Sequence record: PQ799574.1
Reading direction: 5' to 3' (one strand)
Length of the DNA stretch: 64,000 nt
Source: Escherichia phage vB_EcoM_Maryam
Part shown: positions 28,631 to 38,871 of the stretch, piece by piece
Numbering within the stretch: position 1 is the first letter of the stretch
How the letters are laid out: every line of letters starts with the position of its first letter
The notes under the pieces: generated by a model
The model's input: only the letters and a program-made list of their open reading frames with translations
Told to the model about the DNA's origin: nothing
Database searches by the model: none
Program-made: the position numbers and the translations under genes

Positions 28631-29650
28631 ATGAAAACTCGTTCTCAAATTGAAGATATGGTTCGTAATGCCAGCTATACTCGTGATGTTATGACATTTT
28701 TGTGCCAAAATAATTTAGACCCTGATAAAGTTAATCGTGATATTCACTTTAAATATATGAATAGCAGTGAATGGTTACGTCATTTTAGTAAAGCGGGGTA
28801 TATTACACAAATGACTGCTCGTGAGCAGCTCACCGATTTCTGTAAAACTATTGATTATAAAAATCCTCTGTTTGTTCAAGGTGTTGGTCAGAGTAAGGTC
28901 GATTTATCATCTGGATTTTTCAATCCAAATCATTATCGTATTGAATGGAGATTTATTGCTCTATTCCGTAAACAATTAAAGCAAATTTTGTCGACGGCTA
29001 GTCGATTAAAAGGTTCTGACATTAACTTAAAGAACCTGAAATTTGATGGTTATACTCTTCAGATGGAAGTAAGACCATTAAAAGAAAATAATAGAACTGC
29101 ACGAATTAGCTTTAAACCTAATACAAAAAATTCTCTTTCAATTTGCGAATGCCTTAAATCGCAGTTGACAGAAGCATTTAAGTATATGGATGTTGTTGCC
29201 GCTGTTCATTCTAAGATTTTACCTCGTTTTGAGCGAAATTGGGAACATACAACAACATATGAACTTGATATGATCGTTTCATTTAAATACGATTTTTTGA
29301 GAAAGGATGAAGTCCCGCAAGAGAAAAAGCAAGAAGTGCAAGATAACTTAAATTTATCTAATTACTCATCAAACGATCCTAAATTTTGGATGTATAGTTC
29401 AGGCAATAAAGATGCATGGAAATTCAATAAAGTGAATTTTCTTCCTATTGAAAATCCGAGTCTTAAACCTGTTGAAAAATGGCACGCGGATGCGATTGAG
29501 AAGTCTATCAAGGCAGTAGATGATGAACTCGTTAAAGCGACCAATGAAGTGCTAGAAGCTGAAAAGATGCTAGAAAAAGCTCAAGAAAAAGTCAAAAATC
29601 TCACGAAGCAACGTTCTAAACTGAACAATGCACTAAATGCACTGAACTAG
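28631..29650 (+). CDS. hypothetical protein with C-terminal coiled coil (paralog family)
   Basis: 339 aa; MKTR N-terminus. Confidence 0.5.
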   Translation: MKTRSQIEDMVRNASYTRDVMTFLCQNNLDPDKVNRDIHFKYMNSSEWLRHFSKAGYITQMTAREQLTDFCKTIDYKNPLFVQGVGQSKVDLSSGFFNPNHYRIEWRFIALFRKQLKQILSTASRLKGSDINLKNLKFDGYTLQMEVRPLKENNRTARISFKPNTKNSLSICECLKSQLTEAFKYMDVVAAVHSKILPRFERNWEHTTTYELDMIVSFKYDFLRKDEVPQEKKQEVQDNLNLSNYSSNDPKFWMYSSGNKDAWKFNKVNFLPIENPSLKPVEKWHADAIEKSIKAVDDELVKATNEVLEAEKMLEKAQEKVKNLTKQRSKLNNALNALN

Positions 29651-29679
29651 TTTACTTTGCCACAAGGATGTGGTATAAT
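29650..29679 (+). promoter_or_regulatory. T4-type early promoter (GTTTAC ... TGTGGTATAAT)
   Basis: consensus hexamers. Confidence 0.7.
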
Positions 29680-29707
29680 GTTCTTACTTTCTACTGAGGA
29701 GATTATT

Positions 29708-30706
29708 ATGACTCGTAACGAATATATCAAATCATTCAATAGCGTTATTGATGATAAAGTTAAACCTATGTCTAGTAAGAATAGTGTGATTTCTATTATC
29801 AATCAATGGCTCAATAATACTGATGCAAGTATTGTTTCTTCCGGCAAATTTATTCATGAAGTTCGTGAAATTTCTAGCCGTGTAGATAAAGATGACATTA
29901 AGAAAACCTTTAAAGGGTCTCGTCTTCTTTCATACTTAGTCAACAGAGATATTCTTAGTAAATTTGGGAAAGAAATTAAACGAACTAAAGATGTAGTAGG
30001 ATATAATTGGTTCGGTGATGTTAATTCTTATCATCTTAATAAAGAAGCCCCTGAGAATATTTTTACTCGTCGTTGGATTAGTAATTTCAGACTTTTCAAA
30101 GGACAAATTCTAAAATCAGCTTCTAAATTATGTTATGGCGATTATCGTCAAATTCATCCTTTGGCTTCTGATATGATTATCGTAAAAGAATATGAGCTTG
30201 ATGAAAATAAAGTAGCTATTTTTGTGAATTATGGATTTTTTACACCAAACGCTAACCAAAAGAATATTAATAAATTTTTCTCAATTGCTAGCACTATAAC
30301 TTATCAATTAAAGGCGGTTTTGGGCTGTATGGAAACAGTAGAAAATATTCATACATATCCTTTTAAGAATATATGCGGTTGGGAAGGATATAAAATTGTA
30401 GTTAGTCTTCGTGAAGTGAAATGTACTTATTCACCTACTAGTAAAGAAATTTACCAACAAAAATGTGATGAAATTGTGAATACTCCTAAAGAAGAAACTA
30501 CCCTTGAGGAACTAATGGAATGTCTTGATGATTCACCTGAACCGGTAGAAATTCGTCCAGAAGTTATTGCATTAGAAAAAGCTTATAAAGAAGTTCTAGA
30601 AATTTCTAATAAAGCGCAGAAAGAATATGAGCAGGCTAAAAGGATTTGGGAAGAATCTGTCAATCGCTTGGATCGTCTTGAACAAGCTTTACAGTTAATT
30701 AAGTAA
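29708..30706 (+). CDS. hypothetical protein with C-terminal coiled coil (paralog family)
   Basis: 332 aa from ATG 29708 (ORF open from 29657). Confidence 0.5.
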   Translation: MTRNEYIKSFNSVIDDKVKPMSSKNSVISIINQWLNNTDASIVSSGKFIHEVREISSRVDKDDIKKTFKGSRLLSYLVNRDILSKFGKEIKRTKDVVGYNWFGDVNSYHLNKEAPENIFTRRWISNFRLFKGQILKSASKLCYGDYRQIHPLASDMIIVKEYELDENKVAIFVNYGFFTPNANQKNINKFFSIASTITYQLKAVLGCMETVENIHTYPFKNICGWEGYKIVVSLREVKCTYSPTSKEIYQQKCDEIVNTPKEETTLEELMECLDDSPEPVEIRPEVIALEKAYKEVLEISNKAQKEYEQAKRIWEESVNRLDRLEQALQLIK

Positions 30707-30760
30707 AATTTAAAGCCAAGGATGGCTCGGAGTATAAATCATTAACCAAGTGAGAAGAAC

Positions 30761-31687
30761 ATGAAAACTCGTAAACATTATATTGATTATTTTGACAGTC
30801 TTATTACTAAACATCGTGATTATCAGATAGGACACAGAGCAGTAATCAATAATATTCTTCGTGATTTTTTAGACTATATTGGATGGGAAAACCATATTTG
30901 TAAAGATACACAAAATGCGTATTCACATTCTCTTGGTTCTTTGCTCGAGTGGTTCAAACGTTCCCGATTACTATCTTCTGTGATAGCTGTTAATAATGTT
31001 AAAAAATTTATGTATCCAAGCTACATTGAGACTAATGTATCAAATGCTAGTGTTGTTACATTTAATATTATTAACGATGTGAAAAGAACTTATTTAGAAG
31101 AATGGTTTTCTAAAGATAGTAAAGAAAAATTTGCTAGTGAATTTTCACACGAATTCAATAATAACGTGAATATGCTTTTTAAGCATTCTCGTAGACTGTT
31201 TTGTCATGGTGATAACCGTACTATTAATGTGAATGTAAAAGACTGGGTTACGGCTAAATTCATTCCATCGTCCCAGAATGGACAATTTGAATTGTCAATT
31301 ATCGTTTGCGCTCCGCATGAGATATATAAAAATCTTCCGTATATGAAACCACGCGAAGCTAATAAACACAATGAAACTATTAGTTCTTTGGCTTATAATT
31401 TGCGCGTGTTATTATCTGATATGGATGTAGTCAAATCCTTTGATGATAATACGAATTATGGTCTTTCACTGTTTGAAACTAAATTTGTTATTAAATTAAA
31501 GGACCCTAGTGAATTTAAACCTACACCAAAATCTAATCATGGAAATGATACTATGAAAGAAGAACGCGAATATCTCAATGCTCGTTTGATTGAAGTTGAA
31601 AAACAAATTGAAGAGCATACTAAAGTTCTTAAGGCTTTAACCGCCAAAGCAAATGGTTTACGTGATGCTATTGAGGTACTGAAATGA
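30761..31687 (+). CDS. hypothetical protein with C-terminal coiled coil (paralog family)
   Basis: 308 aa; MKTR N-terminus; RSRLLS motif shared with the 29708 ORF. Confidence 0.5.
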   Translation: MKTRKHYIDYFDSLITKHRDYQIGHRAVINNILRDFLDYIGWENHICKDTQNAYSHSLGSLLEWFKRSRLLSSVIAVNNVKKFMYPSYIETNVSNASVVTFNIINDVKRTYLEEWFSKDSKEKFASEFSHEFNNNVNMLFKHSRRLFCHGDNRTINVNVKDWVTAKFIPSSQNGQFELSIIVCAPHEIYKNLPYMKPREANKHNETISSLAYNLRVLLSDMDVVKSFDDNTNYGLSLFETKFVIKLKDPSEFKPTPKSNHGNDTMKEEREYLNARLIEVEKQIEEHTKVLKALTAKANGLRDAIEVLK

Positions 31688-32073
31688 AAAAGCGTTTATT
31701 AGAAGATATTGCAGCTTCAAGTAATTCTAGTCTAATTAAAATTATTATGGCTGGTGAGGAAGATGATATGGAAATGCGTGGAAAGATTCACGGCTGCGAC
31801 GATTTAGATTTTAAACCTCCAGCATGGGATGCTATTATGGCTATGGTTGAACGACGTGAAAGAGCTTCTAAAAACGTTCCTAATTGCCCTGAATGCGGTA
31901 CTGAACAAGTTCAATTGATTAACTGGCGTAAACCAGAGCTTGAATATAAATGCCGTCAATGTAAACATAAATTCAGTAAGCATGCTCCGGAAATGGTTAA
32001 ATTGCCTGACTCTACTGAGTTCTTTAAAGAACTTGTGAGTGTTCAACCAATGCCTAATAATATTTTGGATTAA
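31684..32073 (+). CDS. zinc-ribbon protein
   Basis: 129 aa; CPECG...CRQC. Confidence 0.5.
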   Translation: MKKRLLEDIAASSNSSLIKIIMAGEEDDMEMRGKIHGCDDLDFKPPAWDAIMAMVERRERASKNVPNCPECGTEQVQLINWRKPELEYKCRQCKHKFSKHAPEMVKLPDSTEFFKELVSVQPMPNNILD

Positions 32074-32075
32074 AA

Positions 32076-32318
32076 ATGACCAAGCGTAAAGAATATATGG
32101 AGGCTGCTGAAAAGGCAGTCCGTGAATTAGCAATAGCTTATTATAATGAACATGGTAAATTTCCTGATAGATACAGCGTGCTTAAATCTGCTTTAACTCG
32201 TTCATATAAAAATATGCTATCAGAAGTAAGTGATATTATATACAAACATAAAGAACAAACGGGCCAAAGTCTTGATTACGACGAGACTTTTAAACAAGTA
32301 CTAGGAATTAAGGAATAA
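32076..32318 (+). CDS. hypothetical protein
   Basis: 80 aa. Confidence 0.45.
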   Translation: MTKRKEYMEAAEKAVRELAIAYYNEHGKFPDRYSVLKSALTRSYKNMLSEVSDIIYKHKEQTGQSLDYDETFKQVLGIKE

Positions 32319-32319
32319 T

Positions 32320-32583
32320 ATGTTTAAAGTATATGGTTATGATAGCAACATTCATAAATGTGTGTATTGCGATAATGCAAAACGTCTTTTGACCGTGAAG
32401 AAACAGCCGTTTGAATTTATCAACATTATGCCGGAAAAAGGTGTTTTTGATGATGAGAAAATCGCTGAGCTTCTGACTAAACTAGGTCGTGATACTCAAA
32501 TCGGCTTGACAATGCCTCAGGTATTTGCTCCTGATGGAAGTCATATTGGTGGATTTGACCAACTGCGAGAATATTTTAAATGA
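32320..32583 (+). CDS. nrdC: glutaredoxin/thioredoxin NrdC
   Basis: 87 aa; CVYC redox motif; matches recalled T4 NrdC. Confidence 0.9.
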   Translation: MFKVYGYDSNIHKCVYCDNAKRLLTVKKQPFEFINIMPEKGVFDDEKIAELLTKLGRDTQIGLTMPQVFAPDGSHIGGFDQLREYFK

Positions 32584-32795
32584 TGCTCGAAGGAACTGAC
32601 TATATTCATGATTACCGCGGAAGCGCGGTATATGTAGGTGATGAAGTTGCAGTTTATTATGGGTATGGAACTTTGATGACAGCCAAGGTTATTCAAATTA
32701 AAAATAATCGTGCTAAACTTGAAGTTTATTATTCTAATGGTGAAAAGTCTATTTCTAAGTGGAAATACGGTGATTGCATGGTCAAACTGGGGTAA
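32580..32795 (+). CDS. hypothetical protein
   Basis: 71 aa. Confidence 0.45.
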   Translation: MMLEGTDYIHDYRGSAVYVGDEVAVYYGYGTLMTAKVIQIKNNRAKLEVYYSNGEKSISKWKYGDCMVKLG

Positions 32796-32797
32796 AT

Positions 32798-32968
32798 ATG
32801 ATTTACGATATTAATGTAGCAAGAGCTCCGTCAATGGTTACTATTCCTGCTGAAGAACTAGATCGTCTTCATAAAATTGAAGAACTTCTTTGGGAAATTG
32901 AATGTGACCTGCCATCAGGACTAGAATCCTGGATTGATTATGAAGAACTTAATAAGCTTCGGGGTTAA
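32798..32968 (+). CDS. hypothetical protein
   Basis: 56 aa from ATG 32798. Confidence 0.4.
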   Translation: MIYDINVARAPSMVTIPAEELDRLHKIEELLWEIECDLPSGLESWIDYEELNKLRG

Positions 32969-33090
32969 ACCTTGGTGGGCGGCTAGATGGGAAACTGTAG
33001 AGCCAGAGCCGGAAGAACCGGTTTACACTGATGAAGAAACAGTATATAATGAACCAACGATAAATGACTTAATTGATATGGAGATGGGAC

Positions 33091-33576
33091 ATGATTACAG
33101 TAGATAAGTGGTTTAGAATTAATCGTGCTGATACAGGGCTGTGTAATTACTGGCCGGAACTTAGTGCAGGTACTGTCTTTAAAGTTCGTGAACTTGCAAA
33201 AGAATGTGAAGATGATATAGAGCCTGATACTGGAATTATTGAAATTGAACTTTCCGACGGAAAGATTATTAATATCTATGATAAGCCAATTACGTATTGG
33301 TGCTTATGGAATACTGAATCAGTAGAAAATGGTGAAATCGAGGAAGTTGTAGAGCGAACTAATCAAGTTGTTCAGAAGCCTAAAGCTGATTTTCAAGGTG
33401 AACGTATTTCATACGCATTAGCTAAATTAGCTGCGCAAGAAAATAACGATGGCTATGAAGGTAACCTGATGCAAGCTGCGGCAGAATATATTGAATGGCT
33501 TGAAACCCAAATTTCTTTTTCTGACCAAAAGATTCGGCAATATAAGCGATTGAATCAAATGTTTTACAATACTTGA
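33091..33576 (+). CDS. hypothetical protein (pin position between nrdC and gene 49)
   Basis: 161 aa from ATG 33091 (track start 33073 is TTG); assignment by position and size only. Confidence 0.4.
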   Translation: MITVDKWFRINRADTGLCNYWPELSAGTVFKVRELAKECEDDIEPDTGIIEIELSDGKIINIYDKPITYWCLWNTESVENGEIEEVVERTNQVVQKPKADFQGERISYALAKLAAQENNDGYEGNLMQAAAEYIEWLETQISFSDQKIRQYKRLNQMFYNT

Positions 33577-33618
33577 AAATAATAAATACCCTTATCTATT
33601 TAAGGTAAGGGTTTTATT

Positions 33619-34092
33619 ATGTTATTGACTGGCAAATTATATAAAGAAGAAAAACAGAAATTTTATGATGCACAAAATGGTAAATGCTTAATTTGCCAAC
33701 GAGAACTAAATCCTGACGTTCAAGCTAATCACCTCGACCATGACCATGAATTAAATGGACCAAAAGCAGGAAAGGTGCGTGGATTGCTTTGTAATCTCTG
33801 CAATGCCGCAGAAGGTCAAATGAAGCATAAATTTAATCGTTCTGGCTTAAAGGGACAAGGTGTTGATTATCTTGAATGGTTAGAAAATTTACTTACTTAT
33901 TTAAAATCCGATTACACCCAAAATAATATTCACCCTAACTTCGTTGGAGATAAATCAAAGGAATTTTCTCGTTTAGGAAAAGAGGAAATGATGGCTGAGA
34001 TGCTTCAAAGAGGATTTGAATATAATGAATCTGACACTAAAACACAATTAATAGCTTCATTTAAGAAGCAGCTTAGAAAGAGTTTAAAATGA
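33619..34092 (+). CDS. 49: endonuclease VII (Holliday junction resolvase) gp49
   Basis: 157 aa; Cys zinc site CLICQ...CNLCN; HNH-like LDHDHEL. Confidence 0.85.
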   Translation: MLLTGKLYKEEKQKFYDAQNGKCLICQRELNPDVQANHLDHDHELNGPKAGKVRGLLCNLCNAAEGQMKHKFNRSGLKGQGVDYLEWLENLLTYLKSDYTQNNIHPNFVGDKSKEFSRLGKEEMMAEMLQRGFEYNESDTKTQLIASFKKQLRKSLK

Positions 34093-35906
34093 CAATTGAA
34101 AAAGAAATTGAAGGATTGATTCATAAAACTAATAAAGACCTTTTAAACGAGAATGCTAATAAAGATTCTCGTGTTTTTCCAACTCAACGGGACCTTATGG
34201 CTGGTATTGTGTCTAAACACATTGCCAAAAATATGGTCCCGTCTTTTATTATGAAAGCGCATGAAAGCGGAATTATTCATTTCCATGATATTGATTATTC
34301 CCCTGCTCTTCCATTTACTAATTGTTGTTTAGTAGATTTAAAAGGAATGCTTGAAAACGGATTTAAGCTAGGTAATGCGCAGATTGAAACTCCTAAATCA
34401 ATTGGCGTTGCTACTGCAATTATGGCACAAATTACTGCGCAAGTTGCTTCCCATCAATATGGCGGAACGACTTTTGCGAATGTAGATAAAGTACTTTCTC
34501 CTTATGTTAAACGCACCTATGCAAAACATATTGAGGATGCAGAAAAATGGCAAATCGCTGATGCGTTGAATTATGCCCAGTCTAAAACAGAAAAAGACGT
34601 ATACGATGCATTCCAAGCTTATGAATATGAAGTAAATACTCTTTTTAGTTCAAACGGACAAACTCCTTTTGTAACAATTACATTTGGTACGGGAACTGAC
34701 TGGACTGAACGAATGATTCAGAAAGCAATTCTGAAAAATCGTATTAAAGGTCTCGGTCGTGATGGGATAACTCCTATTTTCCCTAAGCTTGTTATGTTCG
34801 TCGAAGAAGGTGTTAATCTTTATAAAGACGATCCGAACTATGATATTAAACAGCTTGCTCTAGAGTGCGCAAGCAAAAGAATGTATCCTGACATCATTTC
34901 GGCTAAGAACAATAAAGCTATTACTGGTTCATCTGTTCCTGTTTCTCCAATGGGTTGCCGTAGTTTCTTGAGCGTATGGAAAGATTCGACTGGTAATGAA
35001 ATTCTTGATGGACGTAATAATCTTGGTGTTGTAACACTGAATCTTCCTCGTATCGCATTAGATTCTTATATTGGAACACAGTTCAATGAACAGAAATTTA
35101 TCGAATTGTTCAATGAGCGAATGGATTTGTGTTTTGAAGCTTTGATGTGTAGAATTAGTTCCTTAAAAGGAGTTAAAGCAACTGTTGCTCCTATTCTTTA
35201 CCAAGAAGGTGCATTCGGGGTTCGTCTTAAACCTGATGACGACATAATTGAGTTATTTAAAAACGGTAGAAGTTCAGTGTCTTTAGGATACATTGGTATT
35301 CACGAATTGAATATTCTTGTCGGTCGTGATATTGGACAAGAAATTTTAACTAAAATGAATGCTCATCTTAAACAGTGGACTGAAAGAACCGGATTTGCTT
35401 TTAGTTTATATTCGACTCCTGCTGAAAACCTTTGTTATCGCTTCTGTAAACTCGATACAGAAAAATATGGAAGCGTAAAAGATGTTACAGATAAAGGCTG
35501 GTACACTAACAGTTTCCATGTTTCAGTAGAAGAAAATATTACTCCGTTTGAAAAGATTTCTCGTGAAGCGCCATATCATTTCATTGCGACAGGTGGTCAC
35601 ATTTCTTATGTTGAACTTCCTGATATGAAAAATAACTTAAAGGGTCTTGAGGCCGTATGGGATTATGCTGCACAACATTTAGATTATTTTGGTGTTAACA
35701 TGCCGGTAGATAAATGTTTTACGTGTGGAAGTACCCATGAAATGACTCCTACTGAAAACGGATTTGTTTGTTCTATCTGTGGAGAAACTGATCCTAAAAA
35801 GATGAACACAATAAGAAGAACATGTGGTTATTTGGGAAATCCGAACGAACGCGGATTTAATCTCGGTAAAAATAAAGAAATCATGCATAGGGTTAAACAC
35901 CAATGA
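34089..35906 (+). CDS. nrdD: anaerobic ribonucleoside-triphosphate reductase NrdD
   Basis: 605 aa; C-terminal Zn ribbon and glycyl radical motif RRTCGYLG; continuous ORF with no intron. Confidence 0.95.
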   Translation: MTIEKEIEGLIHKTNKDLLNENANKDSRVFPTQRDLMAGIVSKHIAKNMVPSFIMKAHESGIIHFHDIDYSPALPFTNCCLVDLKGMLENGFKLGNAQIETPKSIGVATAIMAQITAQVASHQYGGTTFANVDKVLSPYVKRTYAKHIEDAEKWQIADALNYAQSKTEKDVYDAFQAYEYEVNTLFSSNGQTPFVTITFGTGTDWTERMIQKAILKNRIKGLGRDGITPIFPKLVMFVEEGVNLYKDDPNYDIKQLALECASKRMYPDIISAKNNKAITGSSVPVSPMGCRSFLSVWKDSTGNEILDGRNNLGVVTLNLPRIALDSYIGTQFNEQKFIELFNERMDLCFEALMCRISSLKGVKATVAPILYQEGAFGVRLKPDDDIIELFKNGRSSVSLGYIGIHELNILVGRDIGQEILTKMNAHLKQWTERTGFAFSLYSTPAENLCYRFCKLDTEKYGSVKDVTDKGWYTNSFHVSVEENITPFEKISREAPYHFIATGGHISYVELPDMKNNLKGLEAVWDYAAQHLDYFGVNMPVDKCFTCGSTHEMTPTENGFVCSICGETDPKKMNTIRRTCGYLGNPNERGFNLGKNKEIMHRVKHQ

Positions 35907-36373
35907 ATTACGATAGATTTTATCCATGTGATTTTGTGAATGGCCCTGGATGCAGGGTCGTTCTTTTCGTTACAGGTTGTTTGCATAAATGCGAAGGGTG
36001 TTATAATAAATCAACATGGAATGCTAGAAATGGTATTCCATTCACTGGTGAAACACTAGAACAATTGATTGAATGTTTGAATAATGATTATATAGAAGGA
36101 TTGACTATAACCGGAGGTGACCCTCTCTATCCTGATAATCGAGATGTTATTCATTGCATTGTTCAAACAGTAAAAAATCTTTATCCCAATAAAAGCATTT
36201 GGTTGTGGACAGGATATAAATTTGAAGATATTAAACAACTAGAAATGCTTAAATATGTTGATGTTATTATTGATGGGAAGTATGAGAAAAATCTTCCGAC
36301 TAAAAAGCTATGGCGAGGATCAGATAATCAGCGGCTTTGGTCAAATACCGATGGGGTGTGGAAACATGATTAA
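35903..36373 (+). CDS. nrdG: anaerobic RNR activating enzyme NrdG (radical SAM)
   Basis: 156 aa; Cys cluster GCLHKCEGCYN. Confidence 0.9.
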   Translation: MNYDRFYPCDFVNGPGCRVVLFVTGCLHKCEGCYNKSTWNARNGIPFTGETLEQLIECLNNDYIEGLTITGGDPLYPDNRDVIHCIVQTVKNLYPNKSIWLWTGYKFEDIKQLEMLKYVDVIIDGKYEKNLPTKKLWRGSDNQRLWSNTDGVWKHD

Positions 36374-36488
36374 ATTGAATTATATTATGGATACTATAAA
36401 TGATATGATTTTTCATTTTGGTCCAGAATTTTATTCGCAATATAGTTTAGTGCTTATCAATGCTTGGTTAATCAATTAAGGGTAAAAT

Positions 36489-36704
36489 ATGTATAAATTT
36501 CGTAAAGGTTTAGCTGATTTTCTTACAACTGTAACATTCTTTCTGTTTATGGCAGTTGGAGCTATTTTTCTTATTCCTTTTATTGTTGTATTTTTCGTTA
36601 TTAGTTTAATTTCTCCAGAAAAGGGCTTATCTTCTAGTGAGTTCAATGAGCGTCTGGATAAAATTACTAACAAGCTGAATGCTGTTCTTGATAAAAAGGC
36701 TTAA
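36489..36704 (+). CDS. small membrane protein
   Basis: 71 aa, two TM helices. Confidence 0.5.
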   Translation: MYKFRKGLADFLTTVTFFLFMAVGAIFLIPFIVVFFVISLISPEKGLSSSEFNERLDKITNKLNAVLDKKA

Positions 36705-36706
36705 TT

Positions 36707-37018
36707 ATGATTAGTTTTGAGCGGTATGTAGTAGAGAGTTGGAATGGTTTTGATATGTTCGGTAATGACTATTATTTCTATGAATGTAGTCTGAACCCAA
36801 GCTTCTGGGCTGGACGTGAACAAGACCTCGAAGAAATCAACGCTCGTGCCGATTTGTTAGGTGAACTGCCTACTACTTATTTCACCTTTGATGAATCCGG
36901 CTTCGTTATCCAGGTTTATTTCCCTGAAGAAAATTCTGGTGATGATTCTGTTAATCCTCCTTATTGGGCTTACCAAGGAATTATTTCTCGTGGAACAAAA
37001 CTCGAACTTAAAGAATAA
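36707..37018 (+). CDS. hypothetical protein
   Basis: 103 aa. Confidence 0.5.
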   Translation: MISFERYVVESWNGFDMFGNDYYFYECSLNPSFWAGREQDLEEINARADLLGELPTTYFTFDESGFVIQVYFPEENSGDDSVNPPYWAYQGIISRGTKLELKE

Positions 37019-37019
37019 G

Positions 37020-37313
37020 ATTGAAGTCTATGGAATTCCAGATGAAGTAGGTCGTTGTCCTGGATGTCAATCAGTTACAAAACTTCTAAAGGAGCTCAAT
37101 GCTCCTTTTACTTTCTATAAAGTTCTTACAAATAACGGTAAGATTGAGTATGATCGTCCACTGATTGTATCTCTTGCTAAACGCGCTGGATTCACATCTC
37201 TTAACATTCGTTATCCAGTCATTTTCATTAATGATTCTAGACAAAAGAACATTAAACACTTCAAAGAAACTCTCATTTCACTTGGATATGATAGAGATAT
37301 CATAGAAGATTAA
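37020..37313 (+). CDS. nrdH: glutaredoxin-like protein NrdH (start codon uncertain, no in-frame ATG)
   Basis: CPGC redox motif in KIEVYGIPDEVGRCPGCQ; ORF open from 36861 with no ATG near the domain start. Confidence 0.55.
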   Translation: MEVYGIPDEVGRCPGCQSVTKLLKELNAPFTFYKVLTNNGKIEYDRPLIVSLAKRAGFTSLNIRYPVIFINDSRQKNIKHFKETLISLGYDRDIIED

Positions 37314-37315
37314 GA

Positions 37316-37340
37316 CGGGCCCTTTGGGCCTTTCTTTCTC
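37316..37340 (+). terminator. rho-independent terminator (ggccc-ttt-gggcc + T-rich)
   Basis: GC hairpin followed by tttctttctc. Confidence 0.55.
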
Positions 37341-37411
37341 ACATTCTGTATATTACCATTCTAAGCTATCGTTCCCTTCTTATCATTCCCTAAAATAATT
37401 TTCACAAAGTT

Positions 37412-37442
37412 GTTTACAACGAGCTCAAACTGTGGTATTATT
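37412..37442 (+). promoter_or_regulatory. T4-type early promoter (GTTTAC ... TGTGGTATTATT)
   Basis: upstream ttcacaaagttgtttaca identical to the promoter at 6031-6048. Confidence 0.7.
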
Positions 37443-37640
37443 AACACATGAATTGCCTTTGAGGAATTGATATGGTTGATAAAGAGATTAAAATTGACCA
37501 GTATTATCGTGTTAACGGACATATCGTTATTGTTACAGCAGTCGATGATCTAGATGTTCATTATACTGTGATTAAATGGAACAAACGTATGATTTGTGAT
37601 CGTGCTGTATTTAGTTCAGTTGCTAAGGAAATTAAACTCC

Positions 37641-37934
37641 ATGGGTAAAACGTATCGTCGTAAAGACTTAAAAGTGCGTGATTATGACTATTTCGGAAAG
37701 CGTAAAGCTCCTGATGGGGTAAGTCATAAAGATATGGTTGAAAACATTTTTCGCTCAGATAAATGGCGTAGAATGAAAGGCATTGATTCAGAAGTTAAAG
37801 ATGAGCTAAATCGCCAATTACGCGGTGAAGTAAGAAAGTTGAAAAAATCAGTTTACATTGATGATGATTTTGATTATAATACTTCTCAACGAGTTGCTAA
37901 ACGTAAATCAAACGAGTGTTATCGTTACAGCTGA
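37641..37934 (+). CDS. hypothetical basic protein
   Basis: 97 aa from ATG 37641. Confidence 0.45.
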   Translation: MGKTYRRKDLKVRDYDYFGKRKAPDGVSHKDMVENIFRSDKWRRMKGIDSEVKDELNRQLRGEVRKLKKSVYIDDDFDYNTSQRVAKRKSNECYRYS

Positions 37935-38073
37935 GGAAAATATGAATATCAAACGAATGCTTTTTAAGCAGGGGTTATACACTTTAAATGTTACTCCAAA
38001 AGGTGATACAACTAAGTGGTCAGTAAATGACTGGATTAAATTTATTGATGAAAATGGTAATTGGGAAATTTAA

Positions 38074-38274
38074 ATGAATCCTGAATCTAAATTATCGCAG
38101 CGAATTGCCGAAGCTCGTCGTCAGTTCTTTGAAAATATGATAGCACAAGGTATTGATGACGAAGTTTTTCTAAACTGGTTTTGGAATCACAAATATTCAA
38201 GTTGCTCAGGAGCAATATTAATATCAGCCGCAATGATGTATGAAGGCTGGAAGGGTGCCAAACGGTTTAGCTAA
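38074..38274 (+). CDS. hypothetical protein
   Basis: 66 aa. Confidence 0.45.
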   Translation: MNPESKLSQRIAEARRQFFENMIAQGIDDEVFLNWFWNHKYSSCSGAILISAAMMYEGWKGAKRFS

Positions 38275-38292
38275 GGGCTTCGGCCCTTTTTG
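38273..38292 (+). terminator. rho-independent terminator (agggc-ttcg-gccct + T5)
   Basis: UUCG hairpin then ttttt. Confidence 0.7.
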
Positions 38293-38326
38293 GATAATAA
38301 AATTTTAATGCAATTGAGGATAATGT

Positions 38327-38653
38327 ATGACTATTCAAATTAAAAACGCCATCAATTCTTACGCATATGATAAAGTAGTTTCTTTGTTAGAAAAAGGCGA
38401 TATTGTAACTCCTCAAATTTTGGATAAATGGGAAAAAGAGCTTCATCAAATGATGAAACAGAATGATCAGAAGATTGGACGCAATACTGTCCGTGAATTG
38501 TTGGTTCAATATATCTTGTCAGAATTTGATGTTAAAGCTTTTGGTGTAGAATCTAAAGCTTATCAAAAGCATGAAATTTCCGATAAAACTATTCGTCGCA
38601 TGAAAAATCAACGCAAGAAAAAATTTGCAGACCTGAAAATTACTAAGGTATAA
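38327..38653 (+). CDS. hypothetical protein
   Basis: 108 aa. Confidence 0.5.
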   Translation: MTIQIKNAINSYAYDKVVSLLEKGDIVTPQILDKWEKELHQMMKQNDQKIGRNTVRELLVQYILSEFDVKAFGVESKAYQKHEISDKTIRRMKNQRKKKFADLKITKV

Positions 38654-38655
38654 TT

Positions 38656-38871
38656 ATGAACGAAGCTCTTATTAACGATTTGCGTCTTGCCGGATATGAA
38701 GTAAATACAAACGGCAATGGTTTAACTCAAATTGAAGGAAATGGATTCATCCTTGAGTATGAATTTAGCCAATGGTGGTTATATGCCAATTACGGCGAAT
38801 TGATTGAATATGTTGACCAATTTGATTCACTAGATGCAGCTCTTGGAGCGGCTAAGTTGATGAATGTATGA
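38656..38871 (+). CDS. hypothetical protein
   Basis: 71 aa. Confidence 0.45.
   Translation: MNEALINDLRLAGYEVNTNGNGLTQIEGNGFILEYEFSQWWLYANYGELIEYVDQFDSLDAALGAAKLMNV

Noticed and set aside
33073-33090. ORF-track start codons that are TTG/GTG (for example 33073, 6964, 10275, 57775)
   Set aside because: Downstream in-frame ATGs with better RBS spacing give sizes matching T-even homologues; the non-ATG starts are kept only where no ATG exists (gene 46 GTG, nrdH)
34089-35906. Possible group I intron or homing endonuclease insertion in nrdD
   Set aside because: The nrdD ORF is continuous over 605 codons with no internal stop or GC-rich structured insert
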